Part shown: in pieces, positions 34,310 through 43,915 of the stretch
Position numbering within the stretch: the first letter of the stretch is position 1
Layout: each line of letters begins with the position of its first letter
Origin: an uncultured Clostridia bacterium
GTDB taxonomy: Bacteria > Bacillota > Clostridia > Oscillospirales > JAAYOS01
Assembly (NCBI GenBank): GCA_947593925.1
Contig: CANQDU010000007.1
Span: forward strand, 18,408-82,407
DNA: 64,000 nt
Direction: 5' to 3'
The notes under the pieces: generated by a model
What the model was told of the DNA's origin: nothing
Seen by the model: the letters and a program-made list of their open reading frames with translations, nothing else
The model's database searches: none
Translations under genes and position numbers: made by a program

Positions 34310-36568
34310 CTATCCGACTCGGACGCGGAGATGTCCGCCGAGGTCGGTGCGGTATATGTCGCACCCGTGCGCCTCGAGCCTCGCTACGGTGTCCGGGTGC
34401 GGGTGACCGTAGGTGTTGTAGCCGACCGAGATAAGTGAGACCTCCGGCAGAATGCGGTCGAGCAGGTAGTCCGAGCTCGAACCGCGTGAGCCGTGGTGAC
34501 CCGCGACGCAGACCTCCACCGAGGAAAGTCCCTCTCTGTCGGCAAGCGCCGTTTCGCTCTCGGAGCCGAGGTCGCCCGTCATGAGCATCGAGAAGTCCCC
34601 GCGCTCCGCGAGGACGCTTATGCCCTCCTCGTTCTCGCCCGAGCCGTGGACAGGGCGGAGAAGCTCAAGCGACGCCTTCCCGAACGGGAGCGAGAGGTTA
34701 TCTTCCTCGATAAAGACGACCTCCGCGCCGCTGTCCCTGAGCATGGCGATCGTGTCGTTATCCGACTCCTCGTAGGGGAGGGGAACATACGCCGTATCCA
34801 CCGAGACGAAGCGGAGCAGGTCGCGGACGCCGTTTGCGTGGTCGGTGTGGTAGTGGGTGAGAATAAGCGCTTCAAGATGCCGCGTGCCCTCGAGCATGAG
34901 GCGTTCGGAGGCGATGCAGCCCGCGCCGCCGTAGCCGTCCCCGCCGCAATCGACAAGCGCGGCGTCTCCGCCGCTGCGGAGAAGTATCGACTCGCCCTGT
35001 CCTACGTCGAGGACGGTCGCCTCGAAGCCGTCCGCGCGGCGGGTCGCCTCGCCGAGGGACATCGAGAGGACGAGCGCACACCCGGCGGCCGCGGCGCACA
35101 CCGCGCCGTGCCGGTTTCCCTCCGGCGAGAAGCGCCATATCAGGAGAAGGACGTACCCGAGCGCGAGCGCACAGAGATTGTACGGGTCGCGCGCGTCGAT
35201 TATCGAGAAGGGAATGTGGCTGAATACGTGCGCATCCGCGCGGAGAGCGAGCACCGCAAGCGTCACGACGCGCCCGAGCGCGTGCGCGGCGGGCATGGAT
35301 ACAAACGCGAGAAATCCGCTGAGAAGTCCTCCGACAAGCGCCACCGGAACGAAAAACGTCGCGAAAATGTTTGCAAAGATGCCGAAAAGCGATATGCTCC
35401 CGAAGGTGTAGGCGATGAGCGGCGCGGTGTAGAGCGTGGCTATCGCCGTCATCGCGGCGGCGGAGGCGACGGCGTTCCACAGCCGCGCGAGAAGGCGGTT
35501 CTTCGGCGCGAGAAGCTCGCGCAGGCGCTTGGAGACCGCGTCCATATTGCAGAGTATCCCGTAGGTCGAAAGAAAGCTCAGCTGCAGACCGATGTCTGAT
35601 ATCGAGAACGGATTTATGAGCAGCAGAAGTATGAGCGAGGCAGAGAGCGCGCTTTTCGGGTCGGCGTCTCGCCGGAGCAGGACCGCGCCGAGCGCGAGCG
35701 CGTGCATCACGAACGCCCTCGCGGCGGAGGGAGACGCCCCGCTCGTCAGCACGAAGAGCAGGGCTATGACGAGCGCGAAGGGTATGCCGTGCCGCCGTCT
35801 GCTTCCAAACGCGCGGAGGACCATCCCGCAGAGGAGCGTGACGTGCAGTCCGCTTATCGCGAGCAGGTGCGAAAGTCCGCTCGCTCGTATCTCAAGGCGG
35901 AGCGCGTCCGACATGTCCGAGCGGTCGCCGACGGTGAGAGCCCTCACGACGGCGAGGGTGTCCCCGTCGTAGAGACGTCCGAGCCGCTGTGACAGAGCGT
36001 GGCCGAACGCCGCGGGGAGAAAGCGGAGCGGCGTCCGCTCCGCGCGCTGTACGTCCCAGATCTCGGTGACCTTGCCGCTGAGAAAGACGCGCTTTGCGCG
36101 GTAGTATTCGAGAAAGTCAAAGTCCGGAGAGGACTCGGGAAGTCCGAGCTCCGCTTCGACCGAGACGACGTCGCCCGGACGGAAGTCGGTATCCTCGTTA
36201 AACCAGAGCCGCGCCCGCGCGCCGTTCGCCTCGCGTATCTCGGCCTCGACGCCCGAGCCGTAGCTGTACGGCTCGGAGTATCCCCGCACGACGGCGGTGA
36301 AGCGTCCGTAGGAGCCGGCGAGCCGAGCGGCCGGAGCGTAGAATATCATCGAAAAGAGCAGGTGCCACAGCGCCGCCGCGACGGCGGCGCAGGAGAACAC
36401 AGCCGCCGAAGCGCGGAGGTGCGAGACCCCCGCGCTTCGGCGGACGAGGTACCATATCGTAAACACTGCGGCGAGGACGCCCGCCGGAATGAGGGCAAGC
36501 GCCCCGATGTACTCGGAGAGCAGCAGCGAGGCGGCAAAGCCGAGCGCCGCGGGTACGAGCGGGCGCAT
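34310..36568 (-). CDS. comEC: ComEC/Rec2 DNA internalization competence protein
   Basis: 752 aa. Polytopic competence domain plus a C-terminal metallo-beta-lactamase domain (LILTHYHTDHANG). Confidence 0.9.
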   Translation of the reverse strand: MRPLVPAALGFAASLLLSEYIGALALIPAGVLAAVFTIWYLVRRSAGVSHLRASAAVFSCAAVAAALWHLLFSMIFYAPAARLAGSYGRFTAVVRGYSEPYSYGSGVEAEIREANGARARLWFNEDTDFRPGDVVSVEAELGLPESSPDFDFLEYYRAKRVFLSGKVTEIWDVQRAERTPLRFLPAAFGHALSQRLGRLYDGDTLAVVRALTVGDRSDMSDALRLEIRASGLSHLLAISGLHVTLLCGMVLRAFGSRRRHGIPFALVIALLFVLTSGASPSAARAFVMHALALGAVLLRRDADPKSALSASLILLLLINPFSISDIGLQLSFLSTYGILCNMDAVSKRLRELLAPKNRLLARLWNAVASAAAMTAIATLYTAPLIAYTFGSISLFGIFANIFATFFVPVALVGGLLSGFLAFVSMPAAHALGRVVTLAVLALRADAHVFSHIPFSIIDARDPYNLCALALGYVLLLIWRFSPEGNRHGAVCAAAAGCALVLSMSLGEATRRADGFEATVLDVGQGESILLRSGGDAALVDCGGDGYGGAGCIASERLMLEGTRHLEALILTHYHTDHANGVRDLLRFVSVDTAYVPLPYEESDNDTIAMLRDSGAEVVFIEEDNLSLPFGKASLELLRPVHGSGENEEGISVLAERGDFSMLMTGDLGSESETALADREGLSSVEVCVAGHHGSRGSSSDYLLDRILPEVSLISVGYNTYGHPHPDTVARLEAHGCDIYRTDLGGHLRVRVG

Positions 36569-36930
36569 CAGCCCGGCGGCCAGGTCATGTCACGCCCGGA
36601 GAGGACGTGGAAGTGAAGGTGCGGAACGCTCTGACCCGCCTGCCGGCCCACGTTCGAGACGACGCGGAAGCCGTCCCCGAGGTCGAGCTCCGCCGCGAGC
36701 TTCGCTATCACCTCAAAGATGTGACCGACGACGGCGGAGTTCGAGCCGTCAACGGCGGCGCAGGACTGTATGTGCTCCTTCGGTATGACGAGGAAGTGGA
36801 CGGGCGCCTGCGGGTCGATGTCCTTGAAGGCGTAGCAGACCTCGTCCTCGTACACCTTCGAGGAGGGAATTTCACCCGAGACTATCTTGCAGAACAGGCA
36901 GTCCGGGTCGTGCTTTACAATATCAGACAT
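36568..36930 (-). CDS. HIT family protein (histidine triad nucleotide-binding)
   Basis: 120 aa. CLFCKI... and the HLHFHVL histidine triad. Confidence 0.9.
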   Translation of the reverse strand: MSDIVKHDPDCLFCKIVSGEIPSSKVYEDEVCYAFKDIDPQAPVHFLVIPKEHIQSCAAVDGSNSAVVGHIFEVIAKLAAELDLGDGFRVVSNVGRQAGQSVPHLHFHVLSGRDMTWPPG

Positions 36931-36948
36931 TTGCGTGACCTCCGATAA

Positions 36949-37125
36949 TTATCTGAAGCGGTTCGTCCCGGCGTCGTACTCGAAGCCGGCGTCCGCGAGC
37001 TTCCTTTCGAGCGCCGCGCGCTCGACGCCGCACGCGGCGCACAGCTCGTCAAGAGTCGGATAGAAGTCCCGAAGGCGGGTATTGACGACGCTGAGGAGCA
37101 TGAAAGGATCTTCGGGGAGTTTCAC
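36949..37125 (-). CDS. DUF4250 domain-containing small protein
   Basis: Not in the ORF track because it is under 60 aa. Hand translation from the GTG at 37125, which forms a GTGA overlap with the alaS stop, gives (M)KLPEDPFMLLSVVNTRLRDFYPTLDELCAACGVERAALERKLADAGFEYDAGTNRFR. This matches my recollection of the DUF4250 consensus. Confidence 0.65.
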   Translation of the reverse strand: MKLPEDPFMLLSVVNTRLRDFYPTLDELCAACGVERAALERKLADAGFEYDAGTNRFR

Positions 37126-39767
37126 AGTCCGAGCTTCCCCGCGACGAAGTCGTCTACTATCGCGAGCGCGTCGTCTACCTTGTTCGGGTTCTTGCCGCCG
37201 CCCATCGCGCTCGACGGCTTGCCGCCGCCGGAGCCTCCGGCGACCTTGCAGACCTCGCGCACGAGGTCGCCGGCCTTGACGCCGGCCTTCACGGCGTCCG
37301 GCCCGCAGACGGCAAGGAAGGTGACCTTTCCGTCAACAACGGAGCTCAAGACCGCAACGATCGCGTTCTCCTTCGAGAGTATCTGGTCGCCCATCTGGCG
37401 GAGAGTGTTCGCGTCCGCACTGCCGACGACCGAGGTGAACAGCTTGAGCCCGCCGACGGTCTTTGCGCTCATGAGGAAGCGGTCGATGCCTGCCGCCGCG
37501 TCCTTGAGGCGGAGCTTTTCGAGCTCGCGGCGGAGCGACTTTGTCTCCTCGAGCTGCGCGCGGGCGCGCTCGACGAGGTCGGACGGCGTCGTCTTCAGCT
37601 CGGCGGCGACGGTGTGGAGTATCTTTTCGGTCTTTGCGAGGGTGTTCAGGACCTCCTCGCCGACAATAGCCTCGATGCGGCGGACGCCGGAAGCAACCGA
37701 GCCCTCGCTTGTGATGTGGAACGGGCCGACCTTCGCGGTGTTGTCAAGGTGGGTGCCGCCGCAGAGCTCCATGGAGTAGTCTCCGCCCATGCGGACGACG
37801 CGGACGACGTCGCCGTACTTCTCACCGAAGAGGGCGGTGGCGCCGATGGCCTTCGCCTCGTCTATCGGCATCTCGTCGGTGCGTATCTCGAGACCCGCGA
37901 GGATGTGACGGTTGACCTCGCGCACGACGTCGGCTATCTCGTCCGGCGTCATGGCGCTGAAGTGGGTGAAGTCGAAGTGGAGCCTGTCCGGCTCGACGAG
38001 GCTGCCCGCCTGCTCGACGTGCGTGCCGAGCCGGCTGCGGAGCGCCTTCTGGAGAAGATGCGTGGCGGAGTGGGCGCGGCAAATGGCGGCGCGGCGTTCG
38101 GCGTCTATCGAGACGGATACGGTGTCTCCGAGCTTTATCTCGCCGCTCACGACTTTTCCGTAGTGCATGAACTTGCCGCCCTTGTTCTTCTGGACGTCGC
38201 TCACTTCGAACCTGCCGCCCGCGCACTCTATCACGCCGCGGTCGGCGACCTGTCCGCCCATCTCGGCGTACATCGTCGTGCGGTCGAGGACGATAAGCGC
38301 CTCGACGCCGGAGGCTATCTCGTCGCGGAACTCGTCGTCCGCGACTATCGCGAGGACCTTGCCCTCGGTCGTGTCCTTCGTGTATCCCTCAAAGACGGTC
38401 TCGGGCATGTCCTTGCCGAACTCGATGCCGGCCCAGCCGAGGTCGCCGAGCGCTTCGCGCGCCTTGCGCGCGCGGACGCGCTGCTCCTCCATGAGGCGGC
38501 GGAACTCCTCGTGATCGACGGTGAGTCCCTTCTCGCCGACTATCTCCTCGGTGAGCTCGACGGGGAAGCCGTAGGTGTCATAGAGCTTGAATGCGTCGGC
38601 TCCGCCAAAGACCGTCTCGCCCTTGGCGAGGTGTCCGTCCACAAGGCTCGTGAGTATGCCGAGGCCGGAGTCTATCGTGCGGGCGAAGTTCTCCTCCTCC
38701 ATGCGGACTATCTTCGCGATGTACTCCTGCTTGCTTCGGAGCTCGGGGTAGGCGCTCTCGTTCTCGTTTATGACGGTGTCCACGACCTCGTAGAGGTAAG
38801 GGCGGTGCACGCCGAGCAGACGGCTGTGGCGCGCCGCGCGGCGGAGCAGGCGGCGGAGGACGTAGCCGCGTCCCTCGTTGGAGGGGAGCACGCCGTCGGA
38901 GATCATCATGACCGAGGCGCGGATGTGGTCGGTGATGATGCGGAGCGACACATCGCTCTTCGCGTCCTCGTGGTACTTCACGCCGGTGTACTCGGACACC
39001 TTATTTGTAATGTTTATCACGGTATCGACGTCGAAGAGCGAGCCGACGTCCTGCATCACGCAGGCGAGGCGTTCGAGACCCATGCCGGTGTCGATATTCT
39101 TCTGCTTCAGCTCGGTGTAGTTGCCCTCGCCGTCGTTGTTGAACTGCGAGAAGACGATGTTCCAGACCTCGATGTAGCGGTCGCAGTCACAGCCGACGGT
39201 GCAGGTGGGCTTGCCGCAGCCGTACTTCTCGCCGCGGTCGTAGTATATCTCGGAGCAGGGGCCGCAGGGACCCGCGCCGTGCTCCCAGAAGTTGTCCTCA
39301 CGGCCGAAGCGGAATATCCGCTCGGCGGGGATATTCATCTCCTTGTTCCAAATCTCGAAGGCTTCCTCGTCCTCCTCGTATATCGAGGGGTAGAGGCGGT
39401 CGGGGTCGAGACCCATCCACTCCTTGCCGGTGAGGAACTCCCACGCCCAGTGTATAGACTCGTGCTTGAAGTAGTCGCCGAACGAGAAGTTGCCGAGCAT
39501 CTCGAAGTAGGTGCCGTGGCGGTCGGTCTTGCCGATATTTTCGAGGTCCTCGGTGCGGATGCACTTCTGGCAGGTAGTGACGCGGTGGCGCGGCGGCTCC
39601 TGCTCGCCCGTGAACCACGGCTTCAGCGGCTGCATCCCCGCGACGACGAGGAGGACCGACTTGTCCCCCTGGGGAATGAGCGGGAAGCTCGGCAGGCGGA
39701 GATGCCCCTTCGTCTCAAAGAACGCGAGAAATTTTTCGCGTATTTCGTTAAGACCCATGTAGCTCAT
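37122..39767 (-). CDS. alaS: Alanine--tRNA ligase
   Basis: 881 aa. N-terminus REKFLAFFETKGHLRLPSFPL, an editing domain with HSATHLL, and a C-terminal DHHA1-like domain. Confidence 0.97.
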   Translation of the reverse strand: MSYMGLNEIREKFLAFFETKGHLRLPSFPLIPQGDKSVLLVVAGMQPLKPWFTGEQEPPRHRVTTCQKCIRTEDLENIGKTDRHGTYFEMLGNFSFGDYFKHESIHWAWEFLTGKEWMGLDPDRLYPSIYEEDEEAFEIWNKEMNIPAERIFRFGREDNFWEHGAGPCGPCSEIYYDRGEKYGCGKPTCTVGCDCDRYIEVWNIVFSQFNNDGEGNYTELKQKNIDTGMGLERLACVMQDVGSLFDVDTVINITNKVSEYTGVKYHEDAKSDVSLRIITDHIRASVMMISDGVLPSNEGRGYVLRRLLRRAARHSRLLGVHRPYLYEVVDTVINENESAYPELRSKQEYIAKIVRMEEENFARTIDSGLGILTSLVDGHLAKGETVFGGADAFKLYDTYGFPVELTEEIVGEKGLTVDHEEFRRLMEEQRVRARKAREALGDLGWAGIEFGKDMPETVFEGYTKDTTEGKVLAIVADDEFRDEIASGVEALIVLDRTTMYAEMGGQVADRGVIECAGGRFEVSDVQKNKGGKFMHYGKVVSGEIKLGDTVSVSIDAERRAAICRAHSATHLLQKALRSRLGTHVEQAGSLVEPDRLHFDFTHFSAMTPDEIADVVREVNRHILAGLEIRTDEMPIDEAKAIGATALFGEKYGDVVRVVRMGGDYSMELCGGTHLDNTAKVGPFHITSEGSVASGVRRIEAIVGEEVLNTLAKTEKILHTVAAELKTTPSDLVERARAQLEETKSLRRELEKLRLKDAAAGIDRFLMSAKTVGGLKLFTSVVGSADANTLRQMGDQILSKENAIVAVLSSVVDGKVTFLAVCGPDAVKAGVKAGDLVREVCKVAGGSGGGKPSSAMGGGKNPNKVDDALAIVDDFVAGKLGL

Positions 39768-39814
39768 TGAAATATCTCTCCCGGTACATTATAATATAGT
39801 AGTTGGCTTCATAT

Positions 39815-39843
39815 ATTTTATACTCTATCCGCCGCGCTGTCAA
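39815..39843 (-). promoter_or_regulatory. alaS promoter
   Basis: The minus strand reads TTGACA-17 nt-TAAAAT, about 45 nt upstream of the alaS ATG. Confidence 0.55.
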
Positions 39844-40182
39844 TCCCCGCGCGGAAAGGAAGCGGAAAAGCCGCGCCCGGGAGAGTTTTCCAAAGTAATC
39901 GTTATCAAAAAACGCGCGTTCGCTCGGGAATGAGTTTTTTCCGTTTTTGCGAAGTTAGATTTCCACGCAAAACGCCCGGCCGCCGTTTTTGCCTGCAAAA
40001 ATGCCGTTTTGCGCATGATGCACAAAAAATACGGAGCTTTTGGCAAATTTAAAGGACAAAATTTCGCACAAATTGCATGTCCGTAAAAACGAGAAAATTC
40101 GTCAAAATCGCAATTTCTGCCGCGCGTTTGTCAAGTTGCAAAAAATCGTAAATAAAATTTTGTGAAAAATAGCAAAAAGGTC

Positions 40183-40211
40183 TTGCAATTTGCACAAGAG
40201 CATAGTACAAT
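40183..40211 (+). promoter_or_regulatory. Promoter of the sugar ABC permease pair
   Basis: TTGCAA-17 nt-TACAAT, about 100 nt upstream of the ATG at 40316. Confidence 0.5.
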
Positions 40212-40315
40212 ATTCATGTAAGTTAACCAAACCGACGTACCGGTACGCATGGTGGTGAAGGCGCCGTGCGTTTCTGTTCGTTCAGGTCTGGGAAAACCTA
40301 GTAAGGAGGTTAGTC

Positions 40316-41287
40316 ATGGCTGGTAAAACTGAGAAAGTCGCGCCGGTGCAGAAGGAGAGAAAGTGGACTATCCGTGCGGTCAGGCGCGACATCAAAATGA
40401 ACTGGCAGATCTATCTGCTGGCAATACCGATCCTCGCGTATTTCATAGTTTTTAACTACATACCGATGGCCGGTCTTGCAATGGCGTTCCAGAAGTACGA
40501 CATGAAGAAGGGCTTTATAGGAGCCGGCATCGAATGGGTCGGGTTCCAGTGGTTCGTTGAGTTCGTCTCGGGCCCGTTCTTCTGGCGTACCTTCCGCAAC
40601 ACGTTCCTTATAAGCTTCTATTCGCTCCTGTTCTCGTTCCCGATGCCGGTCATCTTCGCGCTGATGCTCAACGAGGTCAAGAATACGTACTTCAAGAAGA
40701 CTATTCAGACCATGAGCTATCTGCCGTACTTCATTTCGATGGTCGTCATCTGCGGTCTTATCAAGGACTTCTGCGAAGTCGGCGGCATGCTTTCGACTCT
40801 CGTTCAGACCCTTGGCGCCTACGGCGGTGTCGCAACCAGCCTCCTCGAAAAGAAGGAGCTGTTCCGCGTCATCTACGTCGGCTCGGATATATGGCAGGGC
40901 ATAGGCTTCGGCTCGATAATCTACCTCGCCGCTCTTTCGTCCATCGACCAGGAGCTCTACGAGGCGGCTGTTATCGACGGCGCCGGACGTTGGAAGCAGA
41001 CTTGGCACATCACCCTTCCGGGCATTGCTCCGACCATCATCATCATGCTCATCATGCGTATGGGCAGCCTGTTCAGCGTCGGCTTCGAGAAGATCATACT
41101 TCTCTACAACGACCTGACCATGGAAGTGGCGGACGTTATTTCGAGCTACGTCTATCGCATCGGCATTCAGCAAACGCGTTACGACTACTCGGCTGCCGTC
41201 GGCCTCTTCAACTCGGTTATAAACTTTTCGCTCCTTATAATCACCAACGCAATTTCGCGCAAGGTCTCCGAGACCAGTCTGTTCTAA
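40316..41287 (+). CDS. Carbohydrate ABC transporter permease (LplB/YteP-like, CUT1 family)
   Basis: 323 aa polytopic protein with the EAAxxDGA-type loop (YEAAVIDGAGRWKQTWHITLP). AAGGAGG RBS. Confidence 0.85.
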   Translation: MAGKTEKVAPVQKERKWTIRAVRRDIKMNWQIYLLAIPILAYFIVFNYIPMAGLAMAFQKYDMKKGFIGAGIEWVGFQWFVEFVSGPFFWRTFRNTFLISFYSLLFSFPMPVIFALMLNEVKNTYFKKTIQTMSYLPYFISMVVICGLIKDFCEVGGMLSTLVQTLGAYGGVATSLLEKKELFRVIYVGSDIWQGIGFGSIIYLAALSSIDQELYEAAVIDGAGRWKQTWHITLPGIAPTIIIMLIMRMGSLFSVGFEKIILLYNDLTMEVADVISSYVYRIGIQQTRYDYSAAVGLFNSVINFSLLIITNAISRKVSETSLF

Positions 41288-41301
41288 TGGAGGTGTAGAA
41301 G

Positions 41302-42195
41302 ATGGTACAAAGAAGAACAGTCGGTAAAACCGTATTCGATATCATTAACTACACGGTGCTCGCGGCAATAGGAATTGCCTGTATTCTCCCGATGTGGCAC
41401 GTTCTCGCAGCCTCGTTCAGCCAGCCCGCAAAGCTGCTCGCTGCCCGCGGCACGATACTCTGGCCGCTCGGAAACGCCACCGCCGAAGGCTACCGTCTGG
41501 TGTTCAACAACACCAACATCGCCACAGGCTACGGCAACACGCTCATCTATGTCGCGTGCTTCACCGTTATCGGCCTTGTCGGTACGCTTATAGCCGGCTA
41601 CATCCTTTCCCGTCCGTACTTCATGTTCAAGAACATCATAGTGTTTATCATCACCTTCACGATGATGTTCAACGGCGGCATGGTCCCGACCTTCATAGTC
41701 ATCCGTGACCTGCATATGTACGACACGAGATGGGCGATAATCCTGCCCGGCGCAATATCGGTGTTCAACATCATAATCATGCGAACGTCGATACAGGGTA
41801 TACCGAACAGCCTTGAGGAATCGGCAAAGCTCGACGGAGCCGGAAACATGACGATACTGTTCCGCATCTTCGTCCCGCTGCTGAAGGCGACCATCGCGGT
41901 CATCATCCTCTACCTCGCGGTCGGTATGTGGAACAGCTGGTTCCAGGCCATGCTGTACCTCCGCAATACCTCGCTGTATCCGCTGCAGCTCATACTCCGC
42001 GAGATACTTATTCGTAACGACACCTCGAAGATCATGCAGGACGGCGGTATGCAGAACCGTCAGGATATCGACCAGTATCAGCGTCTCGTGCAGTACTGCA
42101 CCACTATCGTTGCTACTCTGCCGATACTCTGCATCTACCCGTTCGTTCAGCGCTTCTTCGTCACCGGCGTTATGATCGGCTCGCTGAAGGGCTAA
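41302..42195 (+). CDS. Carbohydrate ABC transporter permease (LplC/YtcP-like)
   Basis: 297 aa. EAA loop EESAKLDGAGNMTILFRIFVPL. Confidence 0.85.
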   Translation: MVQRRTVGKTVFDIINYTVLAAIGIACILPMWHVLAASFSQPAKLLAARGTILWPLGNATAEGYRLVFNNTNIATGYGNTLIYVACFTVIGLVGTLIAGYILSRPYFMFKNIIVFIITFTMMFNGGMVPTFIVIRDLHMYDTRWAIILPGAISVFNIIIMRTSIQGIPNSLEESAKLDGAGNMTILFRIFVPLLKATIAVIILYLAVGMWNSWFQAMLYLRNTSLYPLQLILREILIRNDTSKIMQDGGMQNRQDIDQYQRLVQYCTTIVATLPILCIYPFVQRFFVTGVMIGSLKG

Positions 42196-42238
42196 GCGAC
42201 GGCTGCACGGTGTTCAGAAACGAACAAAAACAGAAGAC

Positions 42239-42274
42239 GGGGCGCTGCCACATAGGCAGCGCCCCGCTTTTTTT
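42239..42274 (+). terminator. Intrinsic terminator after the permease pair
   Basis: GGGGCGCTGCC-acata-GGCAGCGCCCC followed by gcTTTTTTT. Confidence 0.8.
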
Positions 42275-42385
42275 GCGCGCAAAAGTCGGATATTGCAGTT
42301 ATTTCTGTTGCGCCGAGCGCTTTGTTGTGGTAGAATTATGGTGTATTTTATATACACATATTCTCAGGGGGGAGTGAAAACGGGT

Positions 42386-43915
42386 TTGAGCGAATACATC
42401 GTAGAAATGCGCGGTGTGACAAAGCGTTTCCCCGGCATCGTCGCGAACGACAACGTCTCGATCGCGATAAAGAAGGGGGAGATCTACGCTCTGCTCGGTG
42501 AGAACGGCGCGGGAAAGAGCACGCTGATGAGCATGCTCTTCGGGCTGTACGAGCCGGACGAGGGCGAGATCTATGTGCGCGGAGAGAAGGTCACGCTGGA
42601 AAGCCCCGCCGCGGCCGCAAAGCTCGGCATCGGGATGGTGCACCAGCACTTCAGGCTTATCTCCAACTACACGATAGCGCAGAACATCGTCCTCGGCATA
42701 GAGCCGAAGAAACGCCTGCTCGGCTTCCTGCCGACGGTCGACATCAAAAAGGCCAATCGAGACATCGCGGAGCTCAGCCGCCGCTACGGCCTCGAGGTCG
42801 ATCCGACGCAGAAGATAGAGGACGTCGGCGTATCGATGCAGCAGCGCGTCGAGATACTCAAGATGCTCTACCGCGAGGCGGAAATACTCATCTTCGACGA
42901 GCCCACCGCCATGCTCACCCCGCAGGAGATAGAGTTCCTGCTGAAGATAATCCTTGAGCTGAGGGCGGGCGGCAAGACGATAATCCTCATCACGCACAAG
43001 CTCGAGGAGATAAAGCAGGTCGCCGACCGCTGCGCGGTGCTCGCGCGCGGAAAGCTCATCGGCGTCATAGACGCCGCGACGACCTCCACCCGCGAGATGG
43101 CGAACATGATGGTCGGCCGCGAGGTGGAGACCGATATCGACAAGAAACCCGCGAACTTCGGCCGGGAGATATTGAAGGTCGAGGGTCTCACCGTTAAGAA
43201 TGACGACGGGCTCGAGGTCGTAAAGGACGTCGGGTTCTCGGTGAGGGCGGGCGAGATTTTCGCGGTCGCCGGCGTGTCCGGCAACGGGCAGATAGAGCTT
43301 GCGGACGCCGTCGCGGGGCTTGCAAAGACGTCCGGCGGACGCATCTTCCTCGATGGCGAGGAGATAACTCACGCATCCGTGCGCGACCGCATACTCGCGG
43401 GCATGAGCTACATACCCGAGGATCGGCAGAACGTCGGCCTCGTGCTCGACTTTGACCTCGCGGAAAACCTCGCGCTCAAGAGCTACTTCAAGGAGCCGTT
43501 CTGCCGCAAGGGCTTCCTCAACAGAGCCGCGTTCGAGGAACACGGGAACCGCCTCATAGAGGAGTACGACATCCGCTCGGGGCAGGGCACCCACACCCAG
43601 GTGCGCTCGATGAGCGGCGGCAACCAGCAGAAGGCGATAATCGCGAGAGAGATAGAGCTCGAGTCGAAGCTGATGATATTCGTCCAGCCGACGCGAGGGC
43701 TCGACATCGGCGCGATAGAAAACATCCGGCGGCAGATACTCGCGGAAAGGGACGCGGGGCGCGCGGTGCTCCTCATCTCCCTCGAGCTTGACGAGATAAT
43801 GGCGCTCGCGGACACGATAGGCGTCATCTATCGCGGACAGCTGCTCAAGACCGCGCCGGCGGCGGAGCTCACGAGCCGCAAGGTCGGAGAGTACATGATG
43901 GGGGTGAGCGCATGA
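42386..43915 (+). CDS. ABC transporter ATP-binding protein with duplicated NBDs (BMP/nucleoside or simple-sugar uptake type)
   Basis: Two NBDs: Walker A GENGAGKST, and a second half with GVSGNGQ and LSGGNQQK-like MSGGNQQK. The track ORF starts at 42293. I favour the TTG at 42386 after GGGGGGAG, with the ATG at 42407 as the alternative. Confidence 0.85.
   Translation: MSEYIVEMRGVTKRFPGIVANDNVSIAIKKGEIYALLGENGAGKSTLMSMLFGLYEPDEGEIYVRGEKVTLESPAAAAKLGIGMVHQHFRLISNYTIAQNIVLGIEPKKRLLGFLPTVDIKKANRDIAELSRRYGLEVDPTQKIEDVGVSMQQRVEILKMLYREAEILIFDEPTAMLTPQEIEFLLKIILELRAGGKTIILITHKLEEIKQVADRCAVLARGKLIGVIDAATTSTREMANMMVGREVETDIDKKPANFGREILKVEGLTVKNDDGLEVVKDVGFSVRAGEIFAVAGVSGNGQIELADAVAGLAKTSGGRIFLDGEEITHASVRDRILAGMSYIPEDRQNVGLVLDFDLAENLALKSYFKEPFCRKGFLNRAAFEEHGNRLIEEYDIRSGQGTHTQVRSMSGGNQQKAIIAREIELESKLMIFVQPTRGLDIGAIENIRRQILAERDAGRAVLLISLELDEIMALADTIGVIYRGQLLKTAPAAELTSRKVGEYMMGVSA

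Noticed and set aside
39768-40100. Expected T-box riboswitch upstream of alaS
   Set aside because: A consensus promoter sits only about 45 nt upstream of the ATG. I could not find a specifier hairpin, a T-box sequence (GGUGGUACCGCG-like) or a terminator on the minus strand. Infernal was not run, so this rejection is by eye only.
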